Source of the DNA: Anaerolineales bacterium UBA4826
GTDB taxonomy: Bacteria; Chloroflexota; Anaerolineae; UBA4142
NCBI GenBank assembly: GCA_002400365.1
Contig: DHFK01000087.1
Location: 9,635 to 73,634, forward strand
Direction: 5' to 3'
Length of the DNA: 64,000 nucleotides
Positions 9,232 to 17,040 of the stretch are shown here, piece after piece (position 1 is the stretch's first letter; every line of letters begins with the position of its first letter). A program made the position numbers and the translations under genes. The notes below the pieces were generated by a model. It was not told the origin of the DNA, did not search any database, and saw only the letters and a list, made by a program, of their open reading frames with translations.

Positions 9232-9900
9232 TCATCCGCCGACAAGTTTGTAGCCGACACCGCTCACCGTTTCAATTTGCGTCCGCGCGCCGGCGAGTTT
9301 CTTGCGCAAATGCGCGACGTGAACGTCCACCGTGCGCGTCTCGCCTGGGAAATCAAAGCCCCAGGCGATTTCCAGCAAGCGTTCGCGCGTCAAGACGATG
9401 CCGGGGTTTTGCATCAGCACCGCGAGCAAATCGAATTCTTTGGCGCGGAGCGCCACTGGCTTGCCCGCCGCCGTGACTTCGCGCCGATCCAGATCCAGAA
9501 CCACATCGCCGACGCTGAGGCGCTGGGTCTTGGGCGCGGGATTGACGCGGCGGAAAATCGCCTTGACGCGCGCGACGAGTTCGCGTGGGTTGAACGGCTT
9601 GGTCAGGTAATCGTCCGCGCCGAGTTCCAGTCCGACGATCTTGTCCACGTCCTGATCGCGCGCGGTCAGCATGATGATCGGCGCGTCGCTTTCCTGGCGG
9701 ATGCGGCGGCACACTTCCCAGCCGTCCAGCCCCGGCAGCATCAAATCGAGGATGACCGCCGCCGGCTTGAGCGCGCGAAAGCGGTCGAGCGCAGTCTTGC
9801 CGTCATACGCGGTTTCAATTTGATAGCCCTCTTTTTCCAGGTACAGGCGTTCCAGTTCGATGATGTTCTTTTCGTCGTCCACCAGGAGCAGCGTGGTCAT
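9232..9900 (-). CDS. OmpR/PhoB-family DNA-binding response regulator
   Basis: 222 aa. Receiver domain (LLVDDE, DLMLPGLDG, KP) plus a winged-helix trans_reg_C domain (LTRKEFDLL-type, VGYKL). Confidence 0.93.
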   Translation of the reverse strand: MTTLLLVDDEKNIIELERLYLEKEGYQIETAYDGKTALDRFRALKPAAVILDLMLPGLDGWEVCRRIRQESDAPIIMLTARDQDVDKIVGLELGADDYLTKPFNPRELVARVKAIFRRVNPAPKTQRLSVGDVVLDLDRREVTAAGKPVALRAKEFDLLAVLMQNPGIVLTRERLLEIAWGFDFPGETRTVDVHVAHLRKKLAGARTQIETVSGVGYKLVGG

Positions 9901-9929
9901 GCGAGACTCCGCGATTCGGTTTCAATGAA

Positions 9930-9958
9930 ATTATAGGACGGACGCGGGGGAATGTCAA
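9930..9958 (-). promoter_or_regulatory. consensus sigma70-type promoter TTGACA-17-TATAAT for the response regulator operon
   Basis: The minus strand reads TTGACA (9958-9953), a 17-nt spacer, then TATAAT (9935-9930). The ATG at 9900 has GGAG 8 nt upstream. Confidence 0.65.
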
Positions 9959-9975
9959 AGGGTTTACTCCGCAAA

Positions 9976-9993
9976 ATGTAAAATCACTGTAAA
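9976..9993 (-). promoter_or_regulatory. OmpR/PhoB-style direct-repeat site (TTTACAGTGATTTTACAT on the minus strand)
   Basis: Two TTTACA units with 11-bp spacing, 18 nt upstream of the -35 hexamer of the regulator's own promoter. Confidence 0.5.
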
Positions 9994-10018
9994 TTCCTTC
10001 TGCCATGCCGCTTGCCAT

Positions 10019-10047
10019 TTGTCACTCGGCGCTTTTGCGGCTATAAT
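10019..10047 (+). promoter_or_regulatory. promoter candidate TTGTCA-17-TATAAT, implying a leaderless mRNA
   Basis: TTGTCA 10019-10024, 17-nt spacer, TATAAT 10042-10047. The ATG at 10055 is only 7 nt after the -10 hexamer. Confidence 0.5.
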
Positions 10048-10054
10048 CGCGGCG

Positions 10055-10807
10055 ATGGATTCGAATGTATCCAACGACTTGGCTGTACGTCCATCCTTTG
10101 CGTTGTCCCCGGTGCCGTGGGGTTGGCGCGACTTGGGCTGGGCGATCCTCCTCGCAGCGGGCGCCATCCTCGCGCTCAACCTCGGCGCGCTGGCGTTGAG
10201 TGTTGGAGTGCGCCTGCCCGTCCACGGAAATGGAGTCATCCTCGCGCTCTTTGTCGTCGTCCAAGACCTGATCATCGTCGTCGCGGCGTGGCGGTTTAGC
10301 GTCGCGCGTTACCGCGTGGGCTGGGGGCAACTGGGCTTGCGCGGGTTCGACGCGGCGTTCGGCTGCCTGACCGGCGCGGCGTTGTTCTTTCTGTCGTACG
10401 TCGTGCGCGTCTGCTACGCCGCGACCGCGCTGGGCTTGGGGATAAAACTGGAACCGCAAGCCGTGCTGGCGCGCCTGGACACCAGCGGCTGGGCATTTTT
10501 CTTGACGCTTCTCAGCGCGGCGGTCTGGGCGCCGGTAGCCGAGGAGATTTTCTTTCGCGGCTTTCTGTACGGCAGTCTGCGCGGGCGCATCGGCGCGCGC
10601 GGCGCGATGATAGCCAGCACGTTCTTTTTCACCGCGCTGCATTTCAGTCTCGACGCCTTTATCCCGCTCTTTGTTCTGGGCTTGTGCCTGGCGTGGCTGT
10701 ACGAAAAGACCGGCTCGCTCTACCCGGGCATGATTCTGCACGCGTCGAACAATGCGGTTGCGCTCGTCGCGTTGTTCGTCACGCAAGCCATGGGGGTCAA
10801 GGTGTAA
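10055..10807 (+). CDS. CPBP-family (CAAX-type) intramembrane glutamic protease
   Basis: EEIFFRGFLY, FTALHF and HASNN motifs, multiple TM segments. I moved the start to the ATG at 10055, because the ORF-track TTG at 10019 coincides with a -35 hexamer. Confidence 0.85.
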   Translation: MDSNVSNDLAVRPSFALSPVPWGWRDLGWAILLAAGAILALNLGALALSVGVRLPVHGNGVILALFVVVQDLIIVVAAWRFSVARYRVGWGQLGLRGFDAAFGCLTGAALFFLSYVVRVCYAATALGLGIKLEPQAVLARLDTSGWAFFLTLLSAAVWAPVAEEIFFRGFLYGSLRGRIGARGAMIASTFFFTALHFSLDAFIPLFVLGLCLAWLYEKTGSLYPGMILHASNNAVALVALFVTQAMGVKV

Positions 10808-10808
10808 G

Positions 10809-10837
10809 ACCTTCCGGGTTTCCAAAACCTGGAAGGT
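10809..10837 (+). terminator. hairpin terminator candidate (ACCTTCCGGGTTT / AAACCTGGAAGGT)
   Basis: 13-bp imperfect inverted repeat immediately after the CPBP stop, followed by a T-rich tract. Confidence 0.45.
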
Positions 10838-10848
10838 TTGCTTCTACT

Positions 10849-10877
10849 TTGCCAAATCGCCCCAATTCTGGTAAAAT
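10849..10877 (+). promoter_or_regulatory. promoter candidate TTGCCA-17-TAAAAT for tRNA-Leu
   Basis: Correct 17-nt spacing. The -10 hexamer ends 14 nt before tRNA position 1. Confidence 0.55.
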
Positions 10878-10891
10878 GACCATAGAGCGTT

Positions 10892-10979
10892 GGGGGTGTG
10901 TCGGAATTGGCAGACGAGCATGGCTTAGGACCATGTGGGCTATAAACCCGTGAGAGTTCGAGTCTCTCCATCCCCACCA
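10892..10979 (+). tRNA. tRNA-Leu (anticodon TAG), class II with long variable arm, CCA encoded
   Basis: Hand-folded. Acceptor GGGGGTG/CATCCCC, anticodon stem CATGG/CCATG with loop CTTAGGA, variable arm GGG..CCC, T arm GAGAG-TTCGAGT-CTCTC, 3-prime ACCA. Confidence 0.93.
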
Positions 10980-10991
10980 ACAGCGAAGGCA

Positions 10992-11068
10992 GAAGGATGA
11001 AGGATGAAGGATGACAAACAGCGCGCTGCGATCAGTTTTCATCCTTCATCCCTCATCCCTCATCCTTT
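10992..11068. repeat. tandem-heptamer hairpin (GAAGGAT x3 / ATCCYTC x4)
   Basis: GAAGGAT x3 at 10992-11012. Complementary ATCCTTC, ATCCCTC, ATCCCTC and ATCCTTT units at 11041-11068. It lies between tRNA-Leu and tig. Confidence 0.9.
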
Positions 11069-11101
11069 TGATCCATAGTCCAAGAGAGGGAAACTAACCA
11101 C

Positions 11102-12565
11102 GTGAAAGTTACCACGGAACGCACCCCGAATTGCAACGCCGTCGTCACCGTCGAGGTGGACGACGACCAAGTCCAACGCGCGTTAAAGAACGCGGCAGTG
11201 CGCGTCTCGCGCATCCGCCCGATCCCCGGCTTTCGCCCCGGCAAGGCGCCGTACGCACGCGTCGAACGCGCGGTAGGCAAGGACCTCTTGCTCGACGAAG
11301 CGATTGACGAACTGGCGCAATCGCTCTACAAGCAAGTTCTGAAAGACGCAAACATCGAACCCTACGACGCCGGCAGCGTCGAGGTCGTGCAAAAGCAGCC
11401 GGTCATCTTAAAGTTCACGGTCCCCACGCGCCCGGTCGTCACGCTGGGCGACTATCGCTCCATCTACATTCAGCCCGAGCCGGTCGAAGTGAGCGCTGCG
11501 GAGGTGAATCAGGTCATCGAGCGCTGGCGCACGGAGCAAGCCACACTCGTGCCAGTCACGCGACCTGTGCAGCTGGGCGATCGCATTACCATCAATGTCA
11601 AAGGTGGGATCGAAAACCAGACGCAGATAGACCGCGAGAGCATGGAAGTGCAGATGGAGCCGGAGAAATTGCTCTTTCCCTGGTTGGAGCAACTCGTCGG
11701 CGCGAACGCCAACACGCCGCTCTCGATTACCTACACCTACCCAGCGGATGCGGCGGCGCCGGTCGCCGGCAAGACGGCGACGTACGCCGTGACCGTCACG
11801 GAAATCAAAGAGACCCAGTTGCCGGAACTCGACGACGCGTTCGCCCAGTCCATCAGCGCGTTCGAAACGCTCGACCAGTTGAAAAGGCGCGTCCGCGCGA
11901 ATCTGCTGGCGGAAAAGCAAGACGCGGAAAACAATCGCTATGCCGACCAGGTGGTGGACGCCGTGGTGGCGCAAGCGCAGATCGAGTACCCCGATTCCAT
12001 GATCGAAGACGAGCTCAACGTCGAGGTCGAGCAATCGAAAGACCTTGCCAAGCGGCTGAGTCTGACCTGGCAAAAGTACCTGGAATTGGCAAAGCAGGAC
12101 GAGAGCACGTATCGTGAAGCCAGCCGCCCGCGCGCGGAAAAGCGGCTCAAGCGCTTGCTGGCGCTGATGCAGGTCGCCGAAGCGGAAAAACTCGCGGTCA
12201 CCGCCAAGGACGTGGACGTGGAAATTGATCTGCGCGCGCAGCAAGACGCGCGCGCCGGCGGGAGCGCGGAGCAAACGCGCCGCGCGCTGGCGACGTCCGA
12301 TTCCCGGCGCGACATCGAGTTTACGCTCAGACTGCGCAAGGCGATCGCCTTTTTGGTCGCTTCCGCCAAGGGCGAGCCGACGAGCGGAAAGATCGTGACG
12401 CCAGACATGGTGCTCGCCGAACGCCGCGCCCGCGCGCAAGCCGCCGCGGCGGCAACCGCCGAGACCGGCGTATCGCCCAGCGGCTTGATCACCGATCCGT
12501 CTCAAGTGCGCGCGGAGGATTGGCCCCGCGGGCTGGACCATCCGCTGCTGCCAGGACAAGAGTAA
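11102..12565 (+). CDS. tig: trigger factor
   Basis: 487 aa. The N-terminal ribosome-binding region carries GFRPGKAP, the signature trigger-factor motif. Usual tig-clpP-clpX synteny. GTG start. Confidence 0.93.
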   Translation: MKVTTERTPNCNAVVTVEVDDDQVQRALKNAAVRVSRIRPIPGFRPGKAPYARVERAVGKDLLLDEAIDELAQSLYKQVLKDANIEPYDAGSVEVVQKQPVILKFTVPTRPVVTLGDYRSIYIQPEPVEVSAAEVNQVIERWRTEQATLVPVTRPVQLGDRITINVKGGIENQTQIDRESMEVQMEPEKLLFPWLEQLVGANANTPLSITYTYPADAAAPVAGKTATYAVTVTEIKETQLPELDDAFAQSISAFETLDQLKRRVRANLLAEKQDAENNRYADQVVDAVVAQAQIEYPDSMIEDELNVEVEQSKDLAKRLSLTWQKYLELAKQDESTYREASRPRAEKRLKRLLALMQVAEAEKLAVTAKDVDVEIDLRAQQDARAGGSAEQTRRALATSDSRRDIEFTLRLRKAIAFLVASAKGEPTSGKIVTPDMVLAERRARAQAAAAATAETGVSPSGLITDPSQVRAEDWPRGLDHPLLPGQE

Positions 12566-12644
12566 TTTCAGATTTCAGATTTATGCTTTAAGATTTGGCG
12601 CGCCCTCAAGTGGACGTGGAAATCATAAATCTGAAATCTGAAAT
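12565..12644. repeat. tandem-octamer hairpin (ATTTCAGATTTCAGATTTATG and its perfect complement)
   Basis: Perfect 21-bp inverted repeat, 12565-12585 versus 12624-12644, each arm made of TTCAGATT-type units. It lies between tig and clpP. Confidence 0.9.
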
Positions 12645-12663
12645 TTAGCAGGAGTCTCAAAGA

Positions 12664-13296
12664 ATGAATCACCTAGTCAGGTCGCCCAACGCCGTCATCC
12701 CCATGGTCGTCGAGAATACCGGGCGCGGGGAGCGCGTGTACGATATTTACTCGCTGTTATTGAAAGAGCGCATCATCTTTCTGGGCACGCCGATTGACGA
12801 CCACGTCGCCAACCTGGTGGTGGCGCAAATGCTCTTCCTCGATCGCGAGGACCCGGAAAAGGAAATCCGCCTGTACGTCAATTGCCCCGGCGGCTCGATC
12901 ACGGCAGGGCTCGCGATGTACGACACGATGCAAATCGTCGGCGCGCCGGTCTCGACGATCTGCGTGGGGCTAGCCGCCAGCATGGGCACGGTGCTGCTCT
13001 CGGCGGGCGCGAAGGGCCGCCGCTACGCGCTGCCCAACTCGACCATTCACATCCATCAGCCGTGGGGCGGCGCGCAGGGCCAAGCCGTGGACATCGAGAT
13101 CGAGGCGCGGCGCATCATGCGCGAGCGCGAGCGCTTGAACCAGTTGTTAGCCAAGAACACCGGGCAGCCCCTCGAACGCATCATCCACGACACCGACCGC
13201 AACTATTACATGGACGCGGCGGAAGCCGTCGAGTACGGCTTGATCGACGAAGTGCTCGCCAGCCCGAAAACGGAAAAGCAGGAAGAGAAAAAGTAA
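12664..13296 (+). CDS. clpP: ATP-dependent Clp protease proteolytic subunit
   Basis: 210 aa. Catalytic-Ser region GLAASMG and catalytic-His region IHQP. AGGAG SD. Confidence 0.97.
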   Translation: MNHLVRSPNAVIPMVVENTGRGERVYDIYSLLLKERIIFLGTPIDDHVANLVVAQMLFLDREDPEKEIRLYVNCPGGSITAGLAMYDTMQIVGAPVSTICVGLAASMGTVLLSAGAKGRRYALPNSTIHIHQPWGGAQGQAVDIEIEARRIMRERERLNQLLAKNTGQPLERIIHDTDRNYYMDAAEAVEYGLIDEVLASPKTEKQEEKK

Positions 13297-13300
13297 GCGC

Positions 13301-14584
13301 ATGCCTAACATCATCCGGCGCGAGGAAGAATACTGTTCGTTTTGCAGTCGCAGTTCGGAACAGGTGAGTCGGCTGATCGCAGGACCGGAATCCGTGTTCA
13401 TCTGCGACGAGTGCGTGGACCTCTGCCGCGAAATCCTGGAGGCGGAAGCCGCGGGCGCCAAGGGCGAGACGCTCTCCATCCAGCGTTTGCCGCCCAAAGA
13501 AATCTATCGGCGGCTGAATCAATACGTCGTCGGGCAGGACCGCGCGAAAAAAGTCCTCTCCGTCGCGGTGTACAACCACTATAAACGCGTCCAGCCCGGC
13601 GCGGCGCCCGACGACATCGAACTGGGCAAATCGAACATCTTGCTGATCGGCCCGACCGGCTGCGGCAAGACTCTGCTGGCGCAAACGCTCGCGAAAATCC
13701 TCGACGTGCCGTTTACGATCGCGGATGCGACCACGCTGACCGAAGCCGGCTACGTCGGCGAAGACGTCGAAAACATCTTGCTCGCGTTGATTCAGAACGC
13801 CGACGGCGACATCGCGCGCGCCGAGCGCGGCATCATCTACATTGACGAGATTGACAAGATCGCGCGCAAGAGCGGCGACAGCCCTTCGATCACGCGTGAT
13901 GTTTCGGGCGAGGGCGTGCAGCAAGCGTTGTTGAAAATTCTGGAGGGGACGGTCGCGAATGTTCCGCCGCACGGCGGGCGCAAACACCCGCACCAAGAGT
14001 TCATCCAGATCAACACCGCCAACATCCTGTTTGTCTGCGGCGGCGCGTTCGAGAGCTTGGACAAGATCATCCTGGACCGCACCACGGATCGCCGGGCGGT
14101 CGGCTTCAAAGGCGAGAAAGAACGCTCCACGCAAGAAGCCAGTCCGGCAGAACTGCTCAAACTCGTCACCGCCGACGACCTGCTGCGCTTTGGATTGATT
14201 CCAGAATTTGTCGGGCGGATTCCGGTGATCGTCAGCGTAGACCCGCTCGATCGCGGGATGCTCATTCAGATTTTGACCGAGCCAAAGAATTCGATCATCA
14301 AGCAGTACCAGCGTTTGTTCGCGCTGGACCAGGTCGAGTTGGCTTTTACGGACGACGCGCTGCAAGCGGCGGCGGAAGAGGCGCTGCGCTACCGCACCGG
14401 GGCGCGCGGCTTGCGCACGATCATCGAAGGCATCCTGCTCGACGTGATGTACGAAATCCCGTCGCGCAAAGACGTGCGCAAGTGCCTCATCACCGCCGAG
14501 ACGATCCGCCAGCGCGCCAAGCCCCTTTTGCTGACGCAGACCGAGCACCCGGTCGAATGGCAAGAGGCGCAAAAGACCGCGTAG
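13301..14584 (+). CDS. clpX: ATP-dependent Clp protease ATP-binding subunit ClpX
   Basis: 427 aa. N-terminal zinc-binding CSFC...CDEC, Walker A GPTGCGKT, Walker [10 protein letters not shown]. Confidence 0.97.
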   Translation: MPNIIRREEEYCSFCSRSSEQVSRLIAGPESVFICDECVDLCREILEAEAAGAKGETLSIQRLPPKEIYRRLNQYVVGQDRAKKVLSVAVYNHYKRVQPGAAPDDIELGKSNILLIGPTGCGKTLLAQTLAKILDVPFTIADATTLTEAGYVGEDVENILLALIQNADGDIARAERGIIYIDEIDKIARKSGDSPSITRDVSGEGVQQALLKILEGTVANVPPHGGRKHPHQEFIQINTANILFVCGGAFESLDKIILDRTTDRRAVGFKGEKERSTQEASPAELLKLVTADDLLRFGLIPEFVGRIPVIVSVDPLDRGMLIQILTEPKNSIIKQYQRLFALDQVELAFTDDALQAAAEEALRYRTGARGLRTIIEGILLDVMYEIPSRKDVRKCLITAETIRQRAKPLLLTQTEHPVEWQEAQKTA

Positions 14585-14592
14585 GACAATCC

Positions 14593-14625
14593 AGAAACCA
14601 GGGCGCCTGCAGAAACCTGGTTTCT
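14593..14625. repeat. AGAAACCAGG / CCTGGTTTCT hairpin (GAAACC-family palindrome)
   Basis: Perfect 10-bp inverted repeat with a 13-nt loop between clpX and the AAA+ gene. No T-run follows it. Confidence 0.7.
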
Positions 14626-14637
14626 AGCGGAGACCCT

Positions 14638-15936
14638 ATGGAAGCGACTCCCTCCCCTAACTTTCCGCCGGAACCGCGGACCATCGAAGATACCGGTTTG
14701 AGCATGGCGTTCCTCGCCGACCTCGCGCTCAAGACGATGTACACGCGCGGCTTTATGATGGGCCACGAAATCGCCGATTCGATGAAACTCCCCTTTGCCA
14801 ATGTGGTTGACCGCGTCCTCGACTATTTGCGCCGCGAGCATCTCACCGAAGTGAAAGGTTCGGGCGGCTTTGGCGAATCCTCCTACCAATATGTGATTTC
14901 CGACGAGGGGCGCGCACGCACGCGGGAACTGATGGATCAGAATCAGTACGTCGGGAGCGCGCCCGTCCGCCTGGAAGCCTATACGCGTATGGCGGCGGCG
15001 CAGTCGTTCGGCGGGCACGTCGTTTCCCAGGAGAGTCTCCGGCGCGCGTTCGCCCACCTGGTCCTCAGCGAAGAAATCTTGAATCAGTTGGGTCCCGCCA
15101 TCAACTCGGGCAAATCCATGTTCCTGTTTGGCAACGCCGGCAACGGCAAGACCGCCATCGCCGAAGCCATCGGGACGCTGCTGCCCGGCGCGATTCTCAT
15201 TCCCTATGCGGTCAGCGTGGATGGGCACATTATCCGAATCTTCGACGCGCTGCACCATCAAGCGATCCCGGAACAAGACGATGGCGACAACACCGCCGTG
15301 GGCATTCGCAAAGGCGAACGCTATGACCGCCGCTGGGTGCCCATTCGCCGCCCGTTGATCGTCACCGGCGGCGAACTGATGCTGGAGAACCTCGACCTGG
15401 TTTTTGATCCGACGACGAAATTCTACGAAGCGCCGTATCAGATGAAGGCGAACGGCGGCGTCTTCCTGATTGATGACTTTGGGCGTCAGCAGGTGCGCCC
15501 GCGCGAGTTATTGAATCGCTGGATCGTTCCGCTCGAAAAGCGCGTGGATTACTTGACGCTGGCGACGGGGCACAAGATTGACGTGCCTTTCGACGCGCTG
15601 ATTCTTTTTTCGACCAACCTCAATCCCGACGACCTGGTGGACGAAGCGTTCCTGCGCCGTATCCGTTACAAGATCTACGTGACGGATCCGACGTGGGAGG
15701 ATTATCGAGAGATCTTTAAACGCGTGGCGGCGAAGAACAGCATCCCCTACTCGGAAGAGGGCTTGCGTTATCTCATCACCGAGTATTACATCAAGCCCAA
15801 ACGCAAACCGCGCGCGGTCCATCCGCGCGACATTCTGGAAGAACTCGCGGACATTGCGCGCTTTCGCGGTCTGCCGCCGACCATGTCCAAAGAGTTGCTG
15901 GATCTGGCTTGCCGCACGTATTTCTTGCGCGGGTAA
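14638..15936 (+). CDS. MoxR/AAA_5-like AAA+ ATPase with a distinct N-terminal domain
   Basis: Walker A GNAGNGKT, Walker B-like VFLIDDFG, and LNRWIVPLEKRVDYLTL...FSTNLNP...AFLRRIRYKI, which resembles MoxR-type cores. Start set at the ATG at 14638 (GGAG 8 nt upstream), because the longer ORF overlaps clpX. Confidence 0.75.
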   Translation: MEATPSPNFPPEPRTIEDTGLSMAFLADLALKTMYTRGFMMGHEIADSMKLPFANVVDRVLDYLRREHLTEVKGSGGFGESSYQYVISDEGRARTRELMDQNQYVGSAPVRLEAYTRMAAAQSFGGHVVSQESLRRAFAHLVLSEEILNQLGPAINSGKSMFLFGNAGNGKTAIAEAIGTLLPGAILIPYAVSVDGHIIRIFDALHHQAIPEQDDGDNTAVGIRKGERYDRRWVPIRRPLIVTGGELMLENLDLVFDPTTKFYEAPYQMKANGGVFLIDDFGRQQVRPRELLNRWIVPLEKRVDYLTLATGHKIDVPFDALILFSTNLNPDDLVDEAFLRRIRYKIYVTDPTWEDYREIFKRVAAKNSIPYSEEGLRYLITEYYIKPKRKPRAVHPRDILEELADIARFRGLPPTMSKELLDLACRTYFLRG

Positions 15937-15952
15937 CCCCGAGGAGGAAAAC

Positions 15953-16915
15953 ATGTTCAGTTCGGTTTCAGTCGTGCTGGATGTCGCCATCGGAATTATT
16001 TTCGTCTTTTTGTTGGTCAGTCTCATCTGTTCCCAGATCAACGAAAAGATTTCACAATGGCTACGGATGCGCGCCAAGGGGCTGGAAGACGGGCTGCGGC
16101 AGTTCATCGTTGGCGACCCCAACCTCCAGCAACTGCTCTACAGCAATCCGCTGATCAAATCGCTGACGCCGGAGGATGCGTGGGTGACTCAGTTTCTCGA
16201 AAAGACCCCCGGGTTGAAGCAGTTGATTCGCGCCGACAAAAACCCGGTGAGCATCCCGCCGCGCACCTTCGCCCTCGCCTTGTTCGACATGATGATCCCC
16301 AATGCAGCGGGGAACACCAGCGTCGCGCAGTTACACGCGACGATCGCCACGCTGCCCACCACTTCGCCGATGCGCGCGCCCTTGCTTTCGATCATCTCCA
16401 CGGCAGAAAACAACATTAATACGGTGCGCCAGAACATCGAAGCCTGGTACGACAGCGCGATGACAAAGACGACGGCGCTCTACCAGGGACACATGTGGCG
16501 CTTTGCGTTGGTCATCGCCTCGCTCGTCGCCATCGTGCTGAACGTGGACACGGTCGCCGTCGGCGTCAATCTGTGGAGCGATTCGTCCTTACGCTCCGCG
16601 CTCGTCGCCGAAGCCGGCAAGTACGCGCAAGGCACGCCGCAAAAGGAAGCAGCGCTCAAACAACTCAACTCGCTGAGTCTGCCGATTGGCTGGCAGGTGC
16701 AATTCTCGCCCACGGCAACCGATTGGCTGTCCAAGATCCAATCTATCTCCATCAAGCCGAACGATTGGCTCGCCAAGCCGAATCAGCCGGAGACGACGTT
16801 GGGCTGGCGCAGCGGCTTGTTCAAACTCGCGGGCTGGCTCATCACCGCGCTCGCCGGCGCGCAAGGCGCGCCCTTCTGGTTCGACCTCTTGAAAAAGTTG
16901 ACGCGGCGGGGTTAG
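15953..16915 (+). CDS. membrane protein of unknown function (N-terminal TM, C-terminal GAPFWFDLLKK)
   Basis: GAGGAGG sits 6 nt upstream of the ATG at 15953, 17 nt after the AAA+ stop. Two to three hydrophobic segments. Confidence 0.6.
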   Translation: MFSSVSVVLDVAIGIIFVFLLVSLICSQINEKISQWLRMRAKGLEDGLRQFIVGDPNLQQLLYSNPLIKSLTPEDAWVTQFLEKTPGLKQLIRADKNPVSIPPRTFALALFDMMIPNAAGNTSVAQLHATIATLPTTSPMRAPLLSIISTAENNINTVRQNIEAWYDSAMTKTTALYQGHMWRFALVIASLVAIVLNVDTVAVGVNLWSDSSLRSALVAEAGKYAQGTPQKEAALKQLNSLSLPIGWQVQFSPTATDWLSKIQSISIKPNDWLAKPNQPETTLGWRSGLFKLAGWLITALAGAQGAPFWFDLLKKLTRRG

Positions 16916-16988
16916 TAGGGGCAGTCCTGCGTGACTGCCCAACGCGGGCGACCACATCGGGTCGCCCCTACAAGATCGCGTCCTAAAC

Positions 16989-17026
16989 AATCGCCGCGCT
17001 CGCGAGACATCGCGGGCGCGGCGATT
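16989..17026. terminator. bidirectional terminator hairpin between convergent genes
   Basis: AATCGCCGCGC (16989-16999) pairs with GCGCGGCGATT (17016-17026). TTTCTGTT follows on the plus strand. A compound GTAGGGGC...GCCCCTAC palindromic element at about 16916-16970 precedes it. Confidence 0.6.
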
Positions 17027-17040
17027 TTCTGTTGACTTTT

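Noticed and set aside
14593-14625. The hairpin after clpX as a rho-independent terminator
   Set aside because: The stem is good but no T-run follows, and the next gene starts 13 nt later with its own SD. I recorded it as a palindromic repeat instead.
14482-14637. N-terminal extension of the AAA+ ORF overlapping the clpX 3-prime end
   Set aside because: The extension overlaps clpX by about 100 nt, is Arg/Pro-rich and crosses a hairpin. The ATG at 14638 has an SD and begins the conserved sequence.
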